Source: Lepidodermella squamata (Eukaryota > Animalia > Gastrotricha). Taken from it: 64,000 nucleotides of DNA. The notes beneath the pieces are model-generated. The model was not told the DNA's origin. It was given only the letters and a program-made list of their open reading frames with translations, and searched no databases. Shown piece after piece: positions 11,258 to 22,346 of the stretch (positions within the stretch are counted from its first letter, which is position 1; every line of letters begins with the position of its first letter). A program made the translations under genes and the position numbers. The stretch spans positions 2,852,001 to 2,916,000 of the forward strand of contig JBLDXI010000054.1 in the NCBI GenBank assembly GCA_047495785.1. The letters are read 5' to 3'.

Positions 11258-11740
11258 AGAGTGAAATTCACTTTGACACGTGCAGCTCTCGTGGAAGCCC
11301 CACATGGACCGCACCCTGAGCCGCACCCTGAGCCGCACCAAAATCTCTCTTGGTACCATCGTTTGGCGCCCTGGGCTCACTTTCTGCTGGCGTCATGCCA
11401 GATACCTCGCTCACATCCGCTCGATGGCGACTTTCGGCTGCGCTGTACAATTTTCGTCCGCTATTAAGCAAAAAGCAACACCTGCGCCGCCTCGTCGTCC
11501 TCAAAAACAATTTCCTGCGTGCTATGCTTAAAGTTCGCCTCGCTGACCGCGTTCGCATCACCGAACTCGAGCGGCGATGTCGCCTGCCCGGCCTTTCCGA
11601 GTTTTTCTCCCTGGTTCTAAGCCGCACGCCTGCCGCCATGTCCTATCTCTCCGATTTCTGTTTCTGTTTACTCTCTGTCTTCACCGCTGTTCTAGCACTT
11701 GCGTTCCCCTTCTCATTCACCTACACCCGATAAAACGTTT
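11258..11740 (+). mobile_element. 5'-truncated non-LTR retrotransposon (LINE) ORF2 3' remnant
   Basis: Frameshifted reading LSWKPHMDRT...YLAHIRSMATFGCAV / LRRLVVLKNNFLRAMLKVRLADRVRITELERRCRLP matches the post-RT region pattern of LINE ORF2. Confidence 0.65.
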
Positions 11741-11963
11741 AGCTGGTAAAAATTCCATCCTTTTGCCTCCCCACCAGCGTCGAACTGTGTCAGACAATCG
11801 CGCGTGCTCGCGTTGTGCCGGCGCCTTCTTGTTTTTTGTCTGCTTTTGAATTTATTTAATTTGTATGTCAAATGAGGACAGCAAAAAAAGATTTTCGTTA
11901 CGCTCAACGAAAATCTGCAATTCTCTAGTTTGCTCAAATGATGAGCGCAGAGAAATTTTCCCT

Positions 11964-12979
11964 TCAACTGAATAAGATTAAGGGCGAGACCATAATTCGC
12001 GCCTTATTGCGCTTTTTGATCGAATAATGGAAGGAAGGATGCTCGACGTCCTGAAAGAAAGCAATCAAATCTTCACTTGTATTTTTATATAAAATTTTAG
12101 CCTCACCTCCCGCATTTCGAAGTCACTGAGCTTCTTTTCAGGCAGATACGCATTATAGTATCCGCCAAAGGTTACATTCATCTTGTAGATCGCAAATCCA
12201 TTGAAAGCTGAATCGACTTCGAAAAACCCACTTGGGCCAATTGAATTCAATGTACCATTAATGTTTCCCATGAATACAGAGTTCATGGGATCGCCATTGC
12301 CCCAATCATTGCTATTCCAGCCGTTGTAACGCAGTGCCCATAAGTCGTAGTAGTACGGCCTGTTGAAACTCACCACGTCCCATTTATCAGAATTTTTCAT
12401 GACAAAATCTAATTTTGTTAGATTGGCACGACTGTGTGCCGTAGTGTCATCCATGTCGATGGTTGCCATGTAATCGAAATCAGCGAAATGGCGATGGACG
12501 AATTGGAGCAATGTATTGCGCCCGATTGCTATGCGCCAACACCGGACCGGAAAGCACTCATGAAGATGGTCGACAATGATCAAGCTAAAACGAGGGGACA
12601 ACCTCTTCTTATGAAGCTTTAACTTGGCGAGAGTGCCATCCTCTGAATCGCTCACGAAAATAACGAAATGACAGTCCGCGAAAGCGCTGCATACTCTTTC
12701 CATTTGCACTATTGTCCTGTCGACATATTTTACAATATTTTTCGCCATGCCGGTAATAACAAGGCGGGGCGAGTTATTCTTCCGGTGACGCATTTCAGAT
12801 AAACCTGATTTGCCTGTTTCCGCCAATAATTCAAGCGAAGCCTGCTCAACCGCCGGCTGCGTTTTGTAGTGACACTGTAACCACGAGAAACAGCGAGTGG
12901 TAGCATTCAATATGTATTTTGATCCCGCTATAAGGAGGAACAATTTAACGATATAAACGAGAAGCGAATTTGAGCGCAT
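11964..12979 (-). CDS. GT-A fold glycosyltransferase with N-terminal membrane anchor (GT-1)
   Basis: ITGMAKN, SDSEDGT, RIAIGRN, DxD motif IDMDD, YYDLWALR, VDSAFNGFAIYK; intron 12051-12106, then DVEHPSFH...LILFS*. Confidence 0.85.
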
Positions 12980-13240
12980 GACGTTTTTGTATTTGGTTCA
13001 TAGGTATTCAGTTTGGTCATAACAGTGTTTCAGGGAGGCTTGGTTAAAATGAAATAAACACTTTGATATTCAGATACTAACCGTTATAAGGTGCAGCACG
13101 ATTGCGATGCGATTGTATTTAGTAGCTAACGACATTCTTAACATCTCGCGCAGCGAAGAGAAATGCTTATTTTCAGACGTTGCGAAATTGTTAGCAACAT
13201 GCTATTCCAATGGATTGTCGCAGATTATTTGTTATTCAAA

Positions 13241-13378
13241 AGCCCCTTGTGGGGCTCCAGAAAGTGCTACAGCGGACCCGTGGGTCCTCAGAGCGGGTAA
13301 TTGGGGTAGTTTTCAATTAGCAATTTCCGCCTCTCGGTTTGCACCTCACTGAGTACGGAACTGCCACTGCGCAAAGCT
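13241..13378 (-). ncRNA. RNU4: U4 snRNA, copy 3
   Basis: Same sequence as copy 2. Confidence 0.95.
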
Positions 13379-13497
13379 AAAGATCAACTAATATTTATGC
13401 TGAAGCCGTTCTATTCTGAAGGGCAAGACACCAAGTGAAATAATTTGTATATGCGGCGAAGTAACAAAAAATGTCTAAAAAGAGGCTGAAAAAATTA

Positions 13498-13569
13498 AGG
13501 TCCCATCGAGATTTGAACTCGAGTCGCAGGATTCAGAGTCCTGAGTGCTAACCGCTACACCATGGGACC
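13498..13569 (-). tRNA. trnQ-CTG: tRNA-Gln(CUG), copy 3
   Basis: Identical 72-nt sequence followed by a T-run. Confidence 0.97.
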
Positions 13570-14154
13570 AGATATGGATTGCAATTCGTTGGGCTTATCT
13601 GTATTGAATCTGATTATCAACCGACAAAACGTTCACGATCGGCTATTAATACGTAATATTAAATGCCCTTTAGTTATCGGAATATTTTACACCTCATATT
13701 TGATGTGGTTGAATTTGAGACGTTAGCTGATTGCTTTCCGATTAGACTTAATGGATATACTAGGGGTATTATTTTACAGAACAGATTGCGACATTTTGAT
13801 ATTAAATAAGTGTTACCTTTCCTAGCATGAGTAAAATTTCCAGCAAAGGAACGTCCATAAATTTAGTTCAACATTGTGTTCAAGGTAAAAAGCGCAAAAC
13901 GGATGTTTTTAGCGCATATACCCCTAGGCCAAATATATGTTAGGGCTATATGTAATTATATGTTTACATAATTTTACATAATGGACAGTTGATTTTCACA
14001 TATTGGACAGTTGATTTTTTAAGGAGGAGCACATATTGGACAGTTGTCTATTGTTCAGACCCATGAAACTCAAGAAACCCAAGAAACCCGTGGAAACCAA
14101 AATAGCTTTATTATTCAAAGTCAATTGAGCCCTTCACAAAGTTGTCGCAGCCCG

Positions 14155-14420
14155 AAAACCGAGCAGCATTCAGTCCAAATTTTGACAAATCGAGCAGCAA
14201 TCGGCCCCAATGTCGTGAATATCAAACAGCATTCAGCCCCAATTTCAACAAAATCGAGCAGCATTCCGTCCAATTTTCGACAAAATCGAGCAGCATTCCG
14301 TCCAATTTTCGACAAAATCGAGCAGCATTCCGTCCAATTTTCGACAAAATCGAGCAGCATTCCGTCCAATTTTCGACAAAATCGAGCAGCAATCGCCAAC
14401 ATTTCGTGAGATTGAGCAGC
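14155..14420. repeat. 32-bp minisatellite, about 8 units
   Basis: Unit AAAATCGAGCAGCATTCCGTCCAATTTTCGAC; CGAGCA recurs at 14255, 14287, 14319, 14351, 14383; outer units degenerate. Confidence 0.92.
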
Positions 14421-15093
14421 ACTCAGCGGCAATCTTCCAGCACCCAGAACTCCACCGGGACAATCGAGGCATCCAAGCAGCAGTCGTCATCAATGTTGAG
14501 AAAATCGCGCAGCATTCCCCCTCGAAATTGCCAAAACAGCGCCGTATTCGTCTTGTTTTCCGTGCCATTCCATCAGCCTTTGTTCCTGGCTCCAACTGGT
14601 TCAACGGCACTCTTCCTCGAACGGGATCGATACCATGATTGAGCTTGAGATCGACAATGACCAGATCGGCGACTAGTTGCCATGAGTCGAATTCACTCGC
14701 CAGGTTGATTTGATGAGCCGACAGTTCAAATAGCTCGAGCCATTGTGCGATTCTTCATCGTAGCAGCGTGCCAGTTTGACGCGAAGATCCGGCGGCAAAA
14801 AAGCGAGTGAAAATCAAAACGAAAATCGACCGAATGAGCGTTTGATTTAAAAATGGCGAAAAGCTCAGTTTTTGATGAAAAATTAAGTTGGATGTTTTAT
14901 TTTCCCATTTTCCATGATAACCTCACAAATAATGTCCTCGCCTGCGGCTCGGCCATTATATGTTCGGTTTTTCAACATATTTCCTCCTCTATGTCCAATA
15001 TATACACATAAATACCACTGATAAGATCAGCCTGCTATCATTTCAAGATTTAAGGGGCTTCGTCGCTAAAAAATTATTTTGAAGTACAATTCC

Positions 15094-18077
15094 ATGTTAT
15101 TCAATTGTCTTCACTTGCTAATCTTAAAGTATGCGTAATATTTTTTTTGCATCGCCTTTTTTCAATAACTTTTCAACCATGAGGAATGTTTTAAAGTGGT
15201 TTTCACCAGTCGATAGATCTAGTCTGCGGTAAACTTTCCTCAAATTTTCATTTGAATTGGGTGCGAGAGAAAAAATTGGTGACGAAAATTCTGTCCGCGA
15301 TTTTTATTGAAAATTCTCATTTTTGAAAAATGGCATTTCACAGGATTTGAGGTTGGAAGACATCCTCCTGTTGAAAGGCTTTATCGGAATTTTTTTTAGC
15401 AGGAAATTAGGTCAATAACGCACCGTCAACAAGGAAATTCGACTTAGCGACCACAAAGAAGGTCTTATCCACCAAACGCGATCCGAAATGAATTTTCGGA
15501 ATTTTTTGAGTGATTTGTGTCAATTTTATGAAGCCTTCAGTTTTGGATAGTTGTACAATGTTCTTTCAGGAATCAGTGACGTAGATCCATTACGGACCAT
15601 CCTCTCAAAAAAACTCGAAGCCTCTGGCAAGAGAGACAATCAATTCAGACCAAATAAGATGCAAAAATAGCATTTTTCAAAAATGAGAATTTTCAATAAA
15701 AATCGCGGACAGAATTTTCGTCACCAATTTTTTCTCTCGCACCCAATTCAAATGAAAATTTGAGGAAAGTTTACCGCAGACTAGATCTATCGACTGGTGA
15801 AAACCACTTTAAAACATTCCTCATGGTTGAAAAGTTATTGAAAAAAGGCGATGCAAAAAAAATATTACGCATACTTTACTTCTTCGCGTTTGTATTGCAA
15901 CAAGCGTGAAAGAGAAAGTTTTACAAATGATTGCACTGGTACCAATGACTGGCTACCAGCCGCGTGATGGAAAAATGTGTATGACGGCGATGCAGGTGGC
16001 TGTCAACGAGGCAAACGCAAAATCCGATTTTCTGCCCGAATACCGCGTAGAAATTGCATTCAGAGATGAAGGCCCTGGAGGAGCCTTTAGCCCACGGCAT
16101 CTTATCAACTTCCTTAATACTCCTAGAAACATAACTACTGCTATGTCTCCTATAATTTTGGGCAGTTTCTTTCAGTGCCAAACTGCACACGATATTGCTC
16201 GTGAAAACTACATGGCCATGATAAGTCCCGGCTGTTCAGGCTATCTTCTACTCGATCGCAGCAGGTATCAGAACCTTTACCGAACAATGGTCCCTAGCGA
16301 CTTAACCAACGAAGTCCTGATTCAAATAATTAAAAAAGTTGGGAAGTGGCGTCAAATCGGCCTCGTTCTTAATGCTGTGAACCTCAACATTTTCGCCCTT
16401 GGCAAATCTTTTTATGACAGAGCTGTTAGCAAGGGTATCGAAATTGTCCAATTTACAATTGTAACCGATATAACAGATGAGACTATCGATTCGATTATTC
16501 AAAGCAAAGCTCGAATTATCAAACTGCTGATTGTTGAAATTCCTCTGGTCGTCAAATTTATCTGCCTAGCCTATGCGAGAGGACTTCGAGCACCAAAGTA
16601 TGTCATCATGACCCCGTATACAAACTACGTTGATCCGCTAGCTGCTAGCCTGCAACTTCCTGCTGGATGCAATCGGAGAATGATTGCAGACCAAATCAGG
16701 ATCACGCTGTATCATGGCGCTGCTACAATGCCTATTCGTAATTTTGGTCAAACAGATCTGGGCTACGACCTCAGCGGCTATACGACACGTTTTGATTCGC
16801 TGACGAGCGGATCTCGCCTCCCCGACTATGAGATCAGTCCTTACTGCCACGACTCAGCGGTACAAGCTCTTGTAGCCCTTCACAACGCTGAAATGAGACT
16901 CAGTGCGAGAAATTTGACGCTAATGCATTTTCGCGATAACCCGGCAGAAGTCTTTCGGGTAGTCAACCAAACAATAGCCGAGTCGGATTTCATTGGCATC
17001 CGGGCAGGTCGTCTGAAGTACTCGTCTCGCCTCGAGTTCGAATACGAAGAAATGTATTTAATACAACGCACGGCAGGTGACAACCCAAGAATAGTTGGGA
17101 CAATCGTTAAGAATGAATCGTCCACCGATTTTTCATTCGTCAAAAATTCAAAAGCTGTTTGGGTAACTGCAACTGGTAAATCGCCAAAAGATCTCTCGCA
17201 GGTGCTTCAAATAGAAGTCCGTATAAATCCAAGTATACCTCCTGCAATCCTAAGCTCAAGTTTGCTGGTAATAATCACTCAGTTATTCATAACCGTGTGG
17301 AAAATCCGTGAAAGGCCGACTGTGGTAAAATATTTGGATGTAAGCTTTTCTTGTGGCTGTTCCATGCTGAACGTTGCTGCTGTACTTCAGACATTAGAGT
17401 TGACCTCCAATGTGATTTGCGTAGCTCGGGAATCTCTCCTGCTGTTGGGGTTATCATTACTCGTATCAGTAATGCTAGTTCAAGTTTTGCAGCTGAAGAT
17501 TGCACAGCGTGAACGGTCGGCTTCAAGCACACTAAGCCGCTACAATTCGATTGGTCGGAAAGCAAAAAATCGCTGCTACATTGAGGTTAGGCCACAAACA
17601 GTACCTAAAGGAGTCGTCACTTCTTCCGTTTGCTTTATCTTTTTCAACATTGCAATGTATGCAGTTCGGTCCTTTTCGGATCCAATCGCAGTTATGATGG
17701 ACCAAAGTGCAATCGAGTTTAACCAGGAAGTGGATAACTACATCCAGCTTAACGTCAAAACATGTTCTTCTGAGCATCTTAGCCTTTGGTTGGCCACATT
17801 TGCCTGTCTACATGTTTTGTTGCTAATTACAATAAGCTCGCTTCATTTTCAGATGTCTCAGCTGAAATTTATCACAGAAAATGGAGCGATATACAGTGAA
17901 GCTAGATGCCATCGCTTAGCCTCTTGGAATTTGACTATTCTTCTTACCTTCGGTGCGTTTCTAGCGGTAGTCGTGCCTAGTGACGCGTCATTTCAAGCCG
18001 CGCTATTTAGCTCTGTGCTACTGGTTGTATCTGCATCTTCGAGTTCCATATATTTTAGTTGGAAATTGACGAGCTAA
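15094..18077 (+). CDS. Class C GPCR, GABA-B-receptor-like (Venus flytrap domain + 7TM), signal peptide interrupted by a MITE
   Basis: 723-aa ORF with AVNEAN..DFLPEY, LLDRSRYQNLYRTMVP, SPKD before TM1, no Cys-rich domain and seven hydrophobic segments. ATG 15094 joins in frame once the element at 15127-15876 and one TA are removed. Confidence 0.85.
15125..15878. mobile_element. MITE / non-autonomous DNA transposon with long perfect terminal inverted repeats and TA target duplication
   Basis: 15125-15332 is the reverse complement of 15671-15878 (208 bp including the flanking TA); 338-bp non-coding core. Confidence 0.93.
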
Positions 18078-18335
18078 AACCATTTTTAGGTGGAATGAAG
18101 ACAAATATCGGAAATTGCCCGAATAATCTAGTGAAGTAAACTTGAGATTTAATATGGGAATATGTGAAAGATAAGCACCTTTCTCGCGGATTAGGTAACG
18201 CAGGTAAAGCCACGTGACAATAAAGGCTCACTTTTCAGTTGCGCAACATGCTTAACAACCAAGCCTTGGTGTAACAGCGCGTGAGAGCGCCATCTATGGA
18301 ACATTGAACTGTTACAGTTAAAAGAGACTGAGCAG

Positions 18336-19334
18336 ATGTACATTATCGGCTGTTTTGCATTTTTCAAATTTCTGCCCTTCATCGCAGCCTCTGTGCCCCT
18401 TTTTAATTTGATACGCTGGGTATTACTTCTGAAATGCCACTATGAATCGCAGGTGGCCTTGGAGATGGCATCGTTTGAACTTCTTTCTAATCGTAATGAT
18501 TATAAAGAGGCTAAAGCCGTCGAGAACGCACCTCGTATAGTAATTACTGGCATGGCCAGAAACATTGCTAAGCACGTGGACGGCACATTCGCTCAAATCG
18601 AAAAAATATGCAGCGTATTCCGAGATTGTCACATCGTCATTTTCGAGAGCGACTCAAAAGATGGCACCCTCGAAAAATTGAGACAGCAACAGGCGAAGTT
18701 TGCTAATCGGGTGAATGTAATCTCAGTCAGTGGACTCGACTATTGCCTATGGGCCCGAACGTTTCGTTTAGCTAAAGGTCGAAATACGCTTCTTCAATTT
18801 GTGCATCGCCATTTCACAGATTTTGATTACATGGCTATGATCGACATGGATGAAACGACAGCGGCTAGAGATGTGAATATTACTGTTTTAAATTTCACCC
18901 TCAACAATTCTGATCGGTGGGACGTTATAACCTTTAACAGAGCTTCTTACTACGACATCTGGGCGTTGCGTTATCGCGGTTGGGATAGCAACGATTGGGG
19001 CAACAGCGATCCTCGAAATTCTGAACTTCAGGCCAATATATCCCATACGTTGGAATCGATAGGACCGCATGAATTTCTATACGTCGATTCGGCATTTAAT
19101 GGGTTTGCGATCTACAAGATGAATTTCACATTTGGAGGGCATTATGCTGGCTATTTGAACGAGAAACAGATTAGTGAAATACTTCCAGGAGAGGTTCGTT
19201 TCCCAAAATGTTCACCTGCTCGTTTAAAATTTTCCAATATTTCGAAGGATGTCGAACATCCAGCGTTCCACAATTCGATAAGAAATCGGCACAAAGCTCG
19301 AATAGCAATAACTCCACTGATCCTGTTCACATAA
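18336..19334 (+). CDS. GT-A fold glycosyltransferase (GT-2)
   Basis: Same motifs as GT-1 (FESDSKDGT, RLAKGRN, IDMDE, YYDIWALR, VDSAFNG, DVEH). A 54-nt in-frame GT-AG intron at 19194-19247 sits at the paralogous position. Confidence 0.85.
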   Translation: MYIIGCFAFFKFLPFIAASVPLFNLIRWVLLLKCHYESQVALEMASFELLSNRNDYKEAKAVENAPRIVITGMARNIAKHVDGTFAQIEKICSVFRDCHIVIFESDSKDGTLEKLRQQQAKFANRVNVISVSGLDYCLWARTFRLAKGRNTLLQFVHRHFTDFDYMAMIDMDETTAARDVNITVLNFTLNNSDRWDVITFNRASYYDIWALRYRGWDSNDWGNSDPRNSELQANISHTLESIGPHEFLYVDSAFNGFAIYKMNFTFGGHYAGYLNEKQISEILPGEVRFPKCSPARLKFSNISKDVEHPAFHNSIRNRHKARIAITPLILFT

Positions 19335-19439
19335 GAATAATGCTAGTCACAATTTGATCTGACGGGAATAAACTGACATTATTCCACGAATCGCGTTATA
19401 GAGATATCAAAACTGTATATGCAACCATGTTTTTCAAGC

Positions 19440-19511
19440 GGTCCCATGGTGTAGCGGTTAGCACTCAGGACTCTGAATCCTGCGACTCGAGTTCAAATCT
19501 CGATGGGACCT
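19440..19511 (+). tRNA. trnQ-CTG: tRNA-Gln(CUG), copy 4
   Basis: Identical 72-nt sequence followed by a T-run. Confidence 0.97.
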
Positions 19512-19627
19512 TCATTTTTTCGGCCTCATTTTAGAGATTTTTTACCTCGCCGCATATACAAATGATTTCATTGGCGGTGGGTCCCATCATTACAGAACGG
19601 CTCCTGCTTCGACTTTTGTTGATCTTT

Positions 19628-19765
19628 AGCTTTGCGCAGTGGCAGTTCCGTACTCAGTGAGGTGCAAACCGAGAGGCGGAAATTGCTAATTGAAAACTAC
19701 CCCAATTACCCGCTCTGAGGACCTACGGGTCCGCTGTAGCACTTTCTGGAGCCCCACAAGGGGCT
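19628..19765 (+). ncRNA. RNU4: U4 snRNA, copy 4
   Basis: Same sequence as copy 1. Confidence 0.95.
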
Positions 19766-20512
19766 TGTGAATCCGATACAAATTTTCAAGACATTGGGAA
19801 TCTTCAAATTCATTTGCGGTCATTTGCTGTGATAAGACAACGCGGCTCTAAAACTCCAAATGATTTTTATTTTCAATTTGTACTTAAATTTGTTGGAACA
19901 GAATTAAAAGAAAAGATTTAGTCTTAATATCGGGGAAGTGAGGCGCTTACTTAGTTTGGCATTAGGAACCAGACTGCTAAGGCAAAATAACAAAACAAAT
20001 CATCCTATATAAAAATCACTGTGAGAGCGCCCTGCTCTATTTTGCAGGAAAATTCCCACAAAAAAATTATCAATAAAAACAATGAACTTTCGCTATCACG
20101 CGTTTCTTTCGCCATAACGCTGTGCAACCAGCTACATATTCCATTATCCGTCATAAGATTGCAAGAAAAATCAAAATCTTGCTAATCACGTGATTGCACA
20201 GGAAACAAGATTTTCCCCCAAAAATCATCCAAGCCACAGCAGACGACAATCAGTCAATAATGAGGCATATACCCCATAACGCTATTGGCCTTCAAGGTGC
20301 CCTTGCCATTGCAAAATAAGATAGCAAACCGTTGGAATAATATTTGGCAAATTCGACTTACTAAGCGGCATTAATAGAGGTTTCAGCTTCCAAATAATCT
20401 GTCTGTGTCGCAGACAACTGCACCCTAACGATTGTCTGACGATCGTCTCATTTTAACCAAGCCTTCCCACAGCACGTTTACTAGTCCTTTGACCAAACAT
20501 TGCAAAAACATA

Positions 20513-21537
20513 ATGCGCTTGACTTGGCGTCTAATTAAATTTTTTAAATTGTTTCTTGTCATAGTGGGATCTAAGTACGTCTTAAGTGCCAGCTTTCGCT
20601 GCTTTTTATGGATACATTGCCACTACAATACGCAGATGGCAATTGAGAATGCATCGCATGAATTATTGGACCATCGCAATGCAATTAAAACAATCATAGA
20701 TGATACATCTAACGTGGACAACCAGAGGAAATACTTGCCCAGTCTTGTTATTACCGGCATGGCAAAAAATATTGTAACGGAAGTAGACAGGACAATAGCG
20801 CAAATGGAGAGAATATGCAGCTTATTCCATGATTGCCACATCGTAATTTTCGTGAGCGATTCAGCTGATGGCACGATCGCCAAGTTGCAGTATCATAAAA
20901 AGAGATTGTCCCCTCGTTTTAGTTTGATAATGGTTGACCAACTTCGTTACTGCTTACCGATTCGATGTTGGCGCATAGCAAAAGGGCGCAACACCCTGCT
21001 CCAATTCGTCCATCGCCACTTCGCTGATTACGATTACATGGCAACCATCGACATGGATGACACTACGGCACACAGTCGTGCCAATCTAACAAAACTAGAT
21101 TTTGTCATGAAAAATTCTGACAAATGGGACGTTGTGAGTTTCAACAGGCCGTACTACTACGACTTATGGGCACTGCGTTACAACGGCTGGAATAGCAATG
21201 ATTGGGGCAATGGCGATCCCATGAACTCTGAATTCATGGGAAACATTTCTGGTACATTGCATTCATTGGGCCCGAGTGGGTTTCTGGAAGTCGATTCAGC
21301 TTTTAATGGATTTGCGATCTACAAGATGAATTTCACATTTGGCGGGTATTATAATGCGTTTCTGAGTGAAAAGCGACTAAGTGACTTGGAAATGCGGGAG
21401 GTAAGTTGATATTATATAGAAATGCTGAGATGATCATTTTGTTTTAGGACGTCGAACATCCTTCCTTCCATTATTCTATTACAAAGCGCAATAAGGCGCG
21501 AATTATGGTCTCACCCTTAATCCTATTCGACAGCTAA
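20513..21537 (+). CDS. GT-A fold glycosyltransferase (GT-3)
   Basis: ATG 20513 (MRLTWRLIKFFKLFLVIVG); same motifs; intron 21401-21447; last exon DVEHPSFHYSITKRNKARIMVSPLILFDS*. Confidence 0.85.
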
Positions 21538-22152
21538 TGGTATCGGGAGTTGATGATTTTTTACTCCGGACAGCAATCATATCCGGATCTCGATTGATCG
21601 TCCTTCAGCTCGCATATAGCTAGCCTTCAGGCCGAAATCCACCGTTGTGATATCCTCCAATGATACACATATTGCATAATATAATTATTTCAAGCCTTCA
21701 ACTCTCTCATTTTGCCCTATGGGATCTATTAGCACTGCTCAAATACACTTCGAAAAATATGGCATCCACGTAAAAAGGAATGAGTGTCGATCGCTCTTGG
21801 TTGTTTTGTGAGAAAGATAGTCTCAGCCATGTCTCAACACTCCTTTAAAGCTCCAACAATTCAACATCAAACTCCAACATCAAAAAGGATCTAAGAAATA
21901 AATTGTTGGTTTATTGTTATACCTTTGCAGCGATGTGCTTTACGAATAGTTCCGTTATATGGCTAAGCAAGCAATTTCATGAATGCGAAAAAAAGAAATA
22001 TAATGCAAGTCATTTGTTGTTCAAGACGGAAGAATAAATTGAGGTAAAATGAGTTGGAGCTTTAAACCGCGCCGGTCCCATGATTTAGAAGATGGCCGAG
22101 GAATTATTACATCTGAAAGTTGTATTCTAACTCCAGGTCATGTTTTTCAAGC

Positions 22153-22224
22153 GGTCCCATGGTGTAGCGGTTAGCACTCAGGACTCTGAATCCTGCGACT
22201 CGAGTTCAAATCTCGATGGGACCT
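22153..22224 (+). tRNA. trnQ-CTG: tRNA-Gln(CUG), copy 5
   Basis: Identical 72-nt sequence followed by a T-run. Confidence 0.97.
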
Positions 22225-22346
22225 TCATTTTTTTTTCGGCCTCCTTTTTATACATTTTTTTTACTTCGCCACATATACAAATTATTTTACTTGATGCCTT
22301 GTCCTTCAGAATAGAACGGTTTCCGCTTCGATCTTAGATAATATTT

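Noticed and set aside
14155-14420. CRISPR-like array of ~32-bp repeats
   Set aside because: Units are head-to-tail with no unique spacers, there are no cas genes and the context is eukaryotic; it is a minisatellite.
14044-14642. Five overlapping ORFs on both strands
   Set aside because: They are translations of the stop-poor 32-bp repeat.
15124-15879. TTAA-type (piggyBac/Kolobok) target duplication for the MITE
   Set aside because: The right flank reads TTAC; a TA duplication explains both ends exactly, so TTAA is not excluded but less parsimonious.
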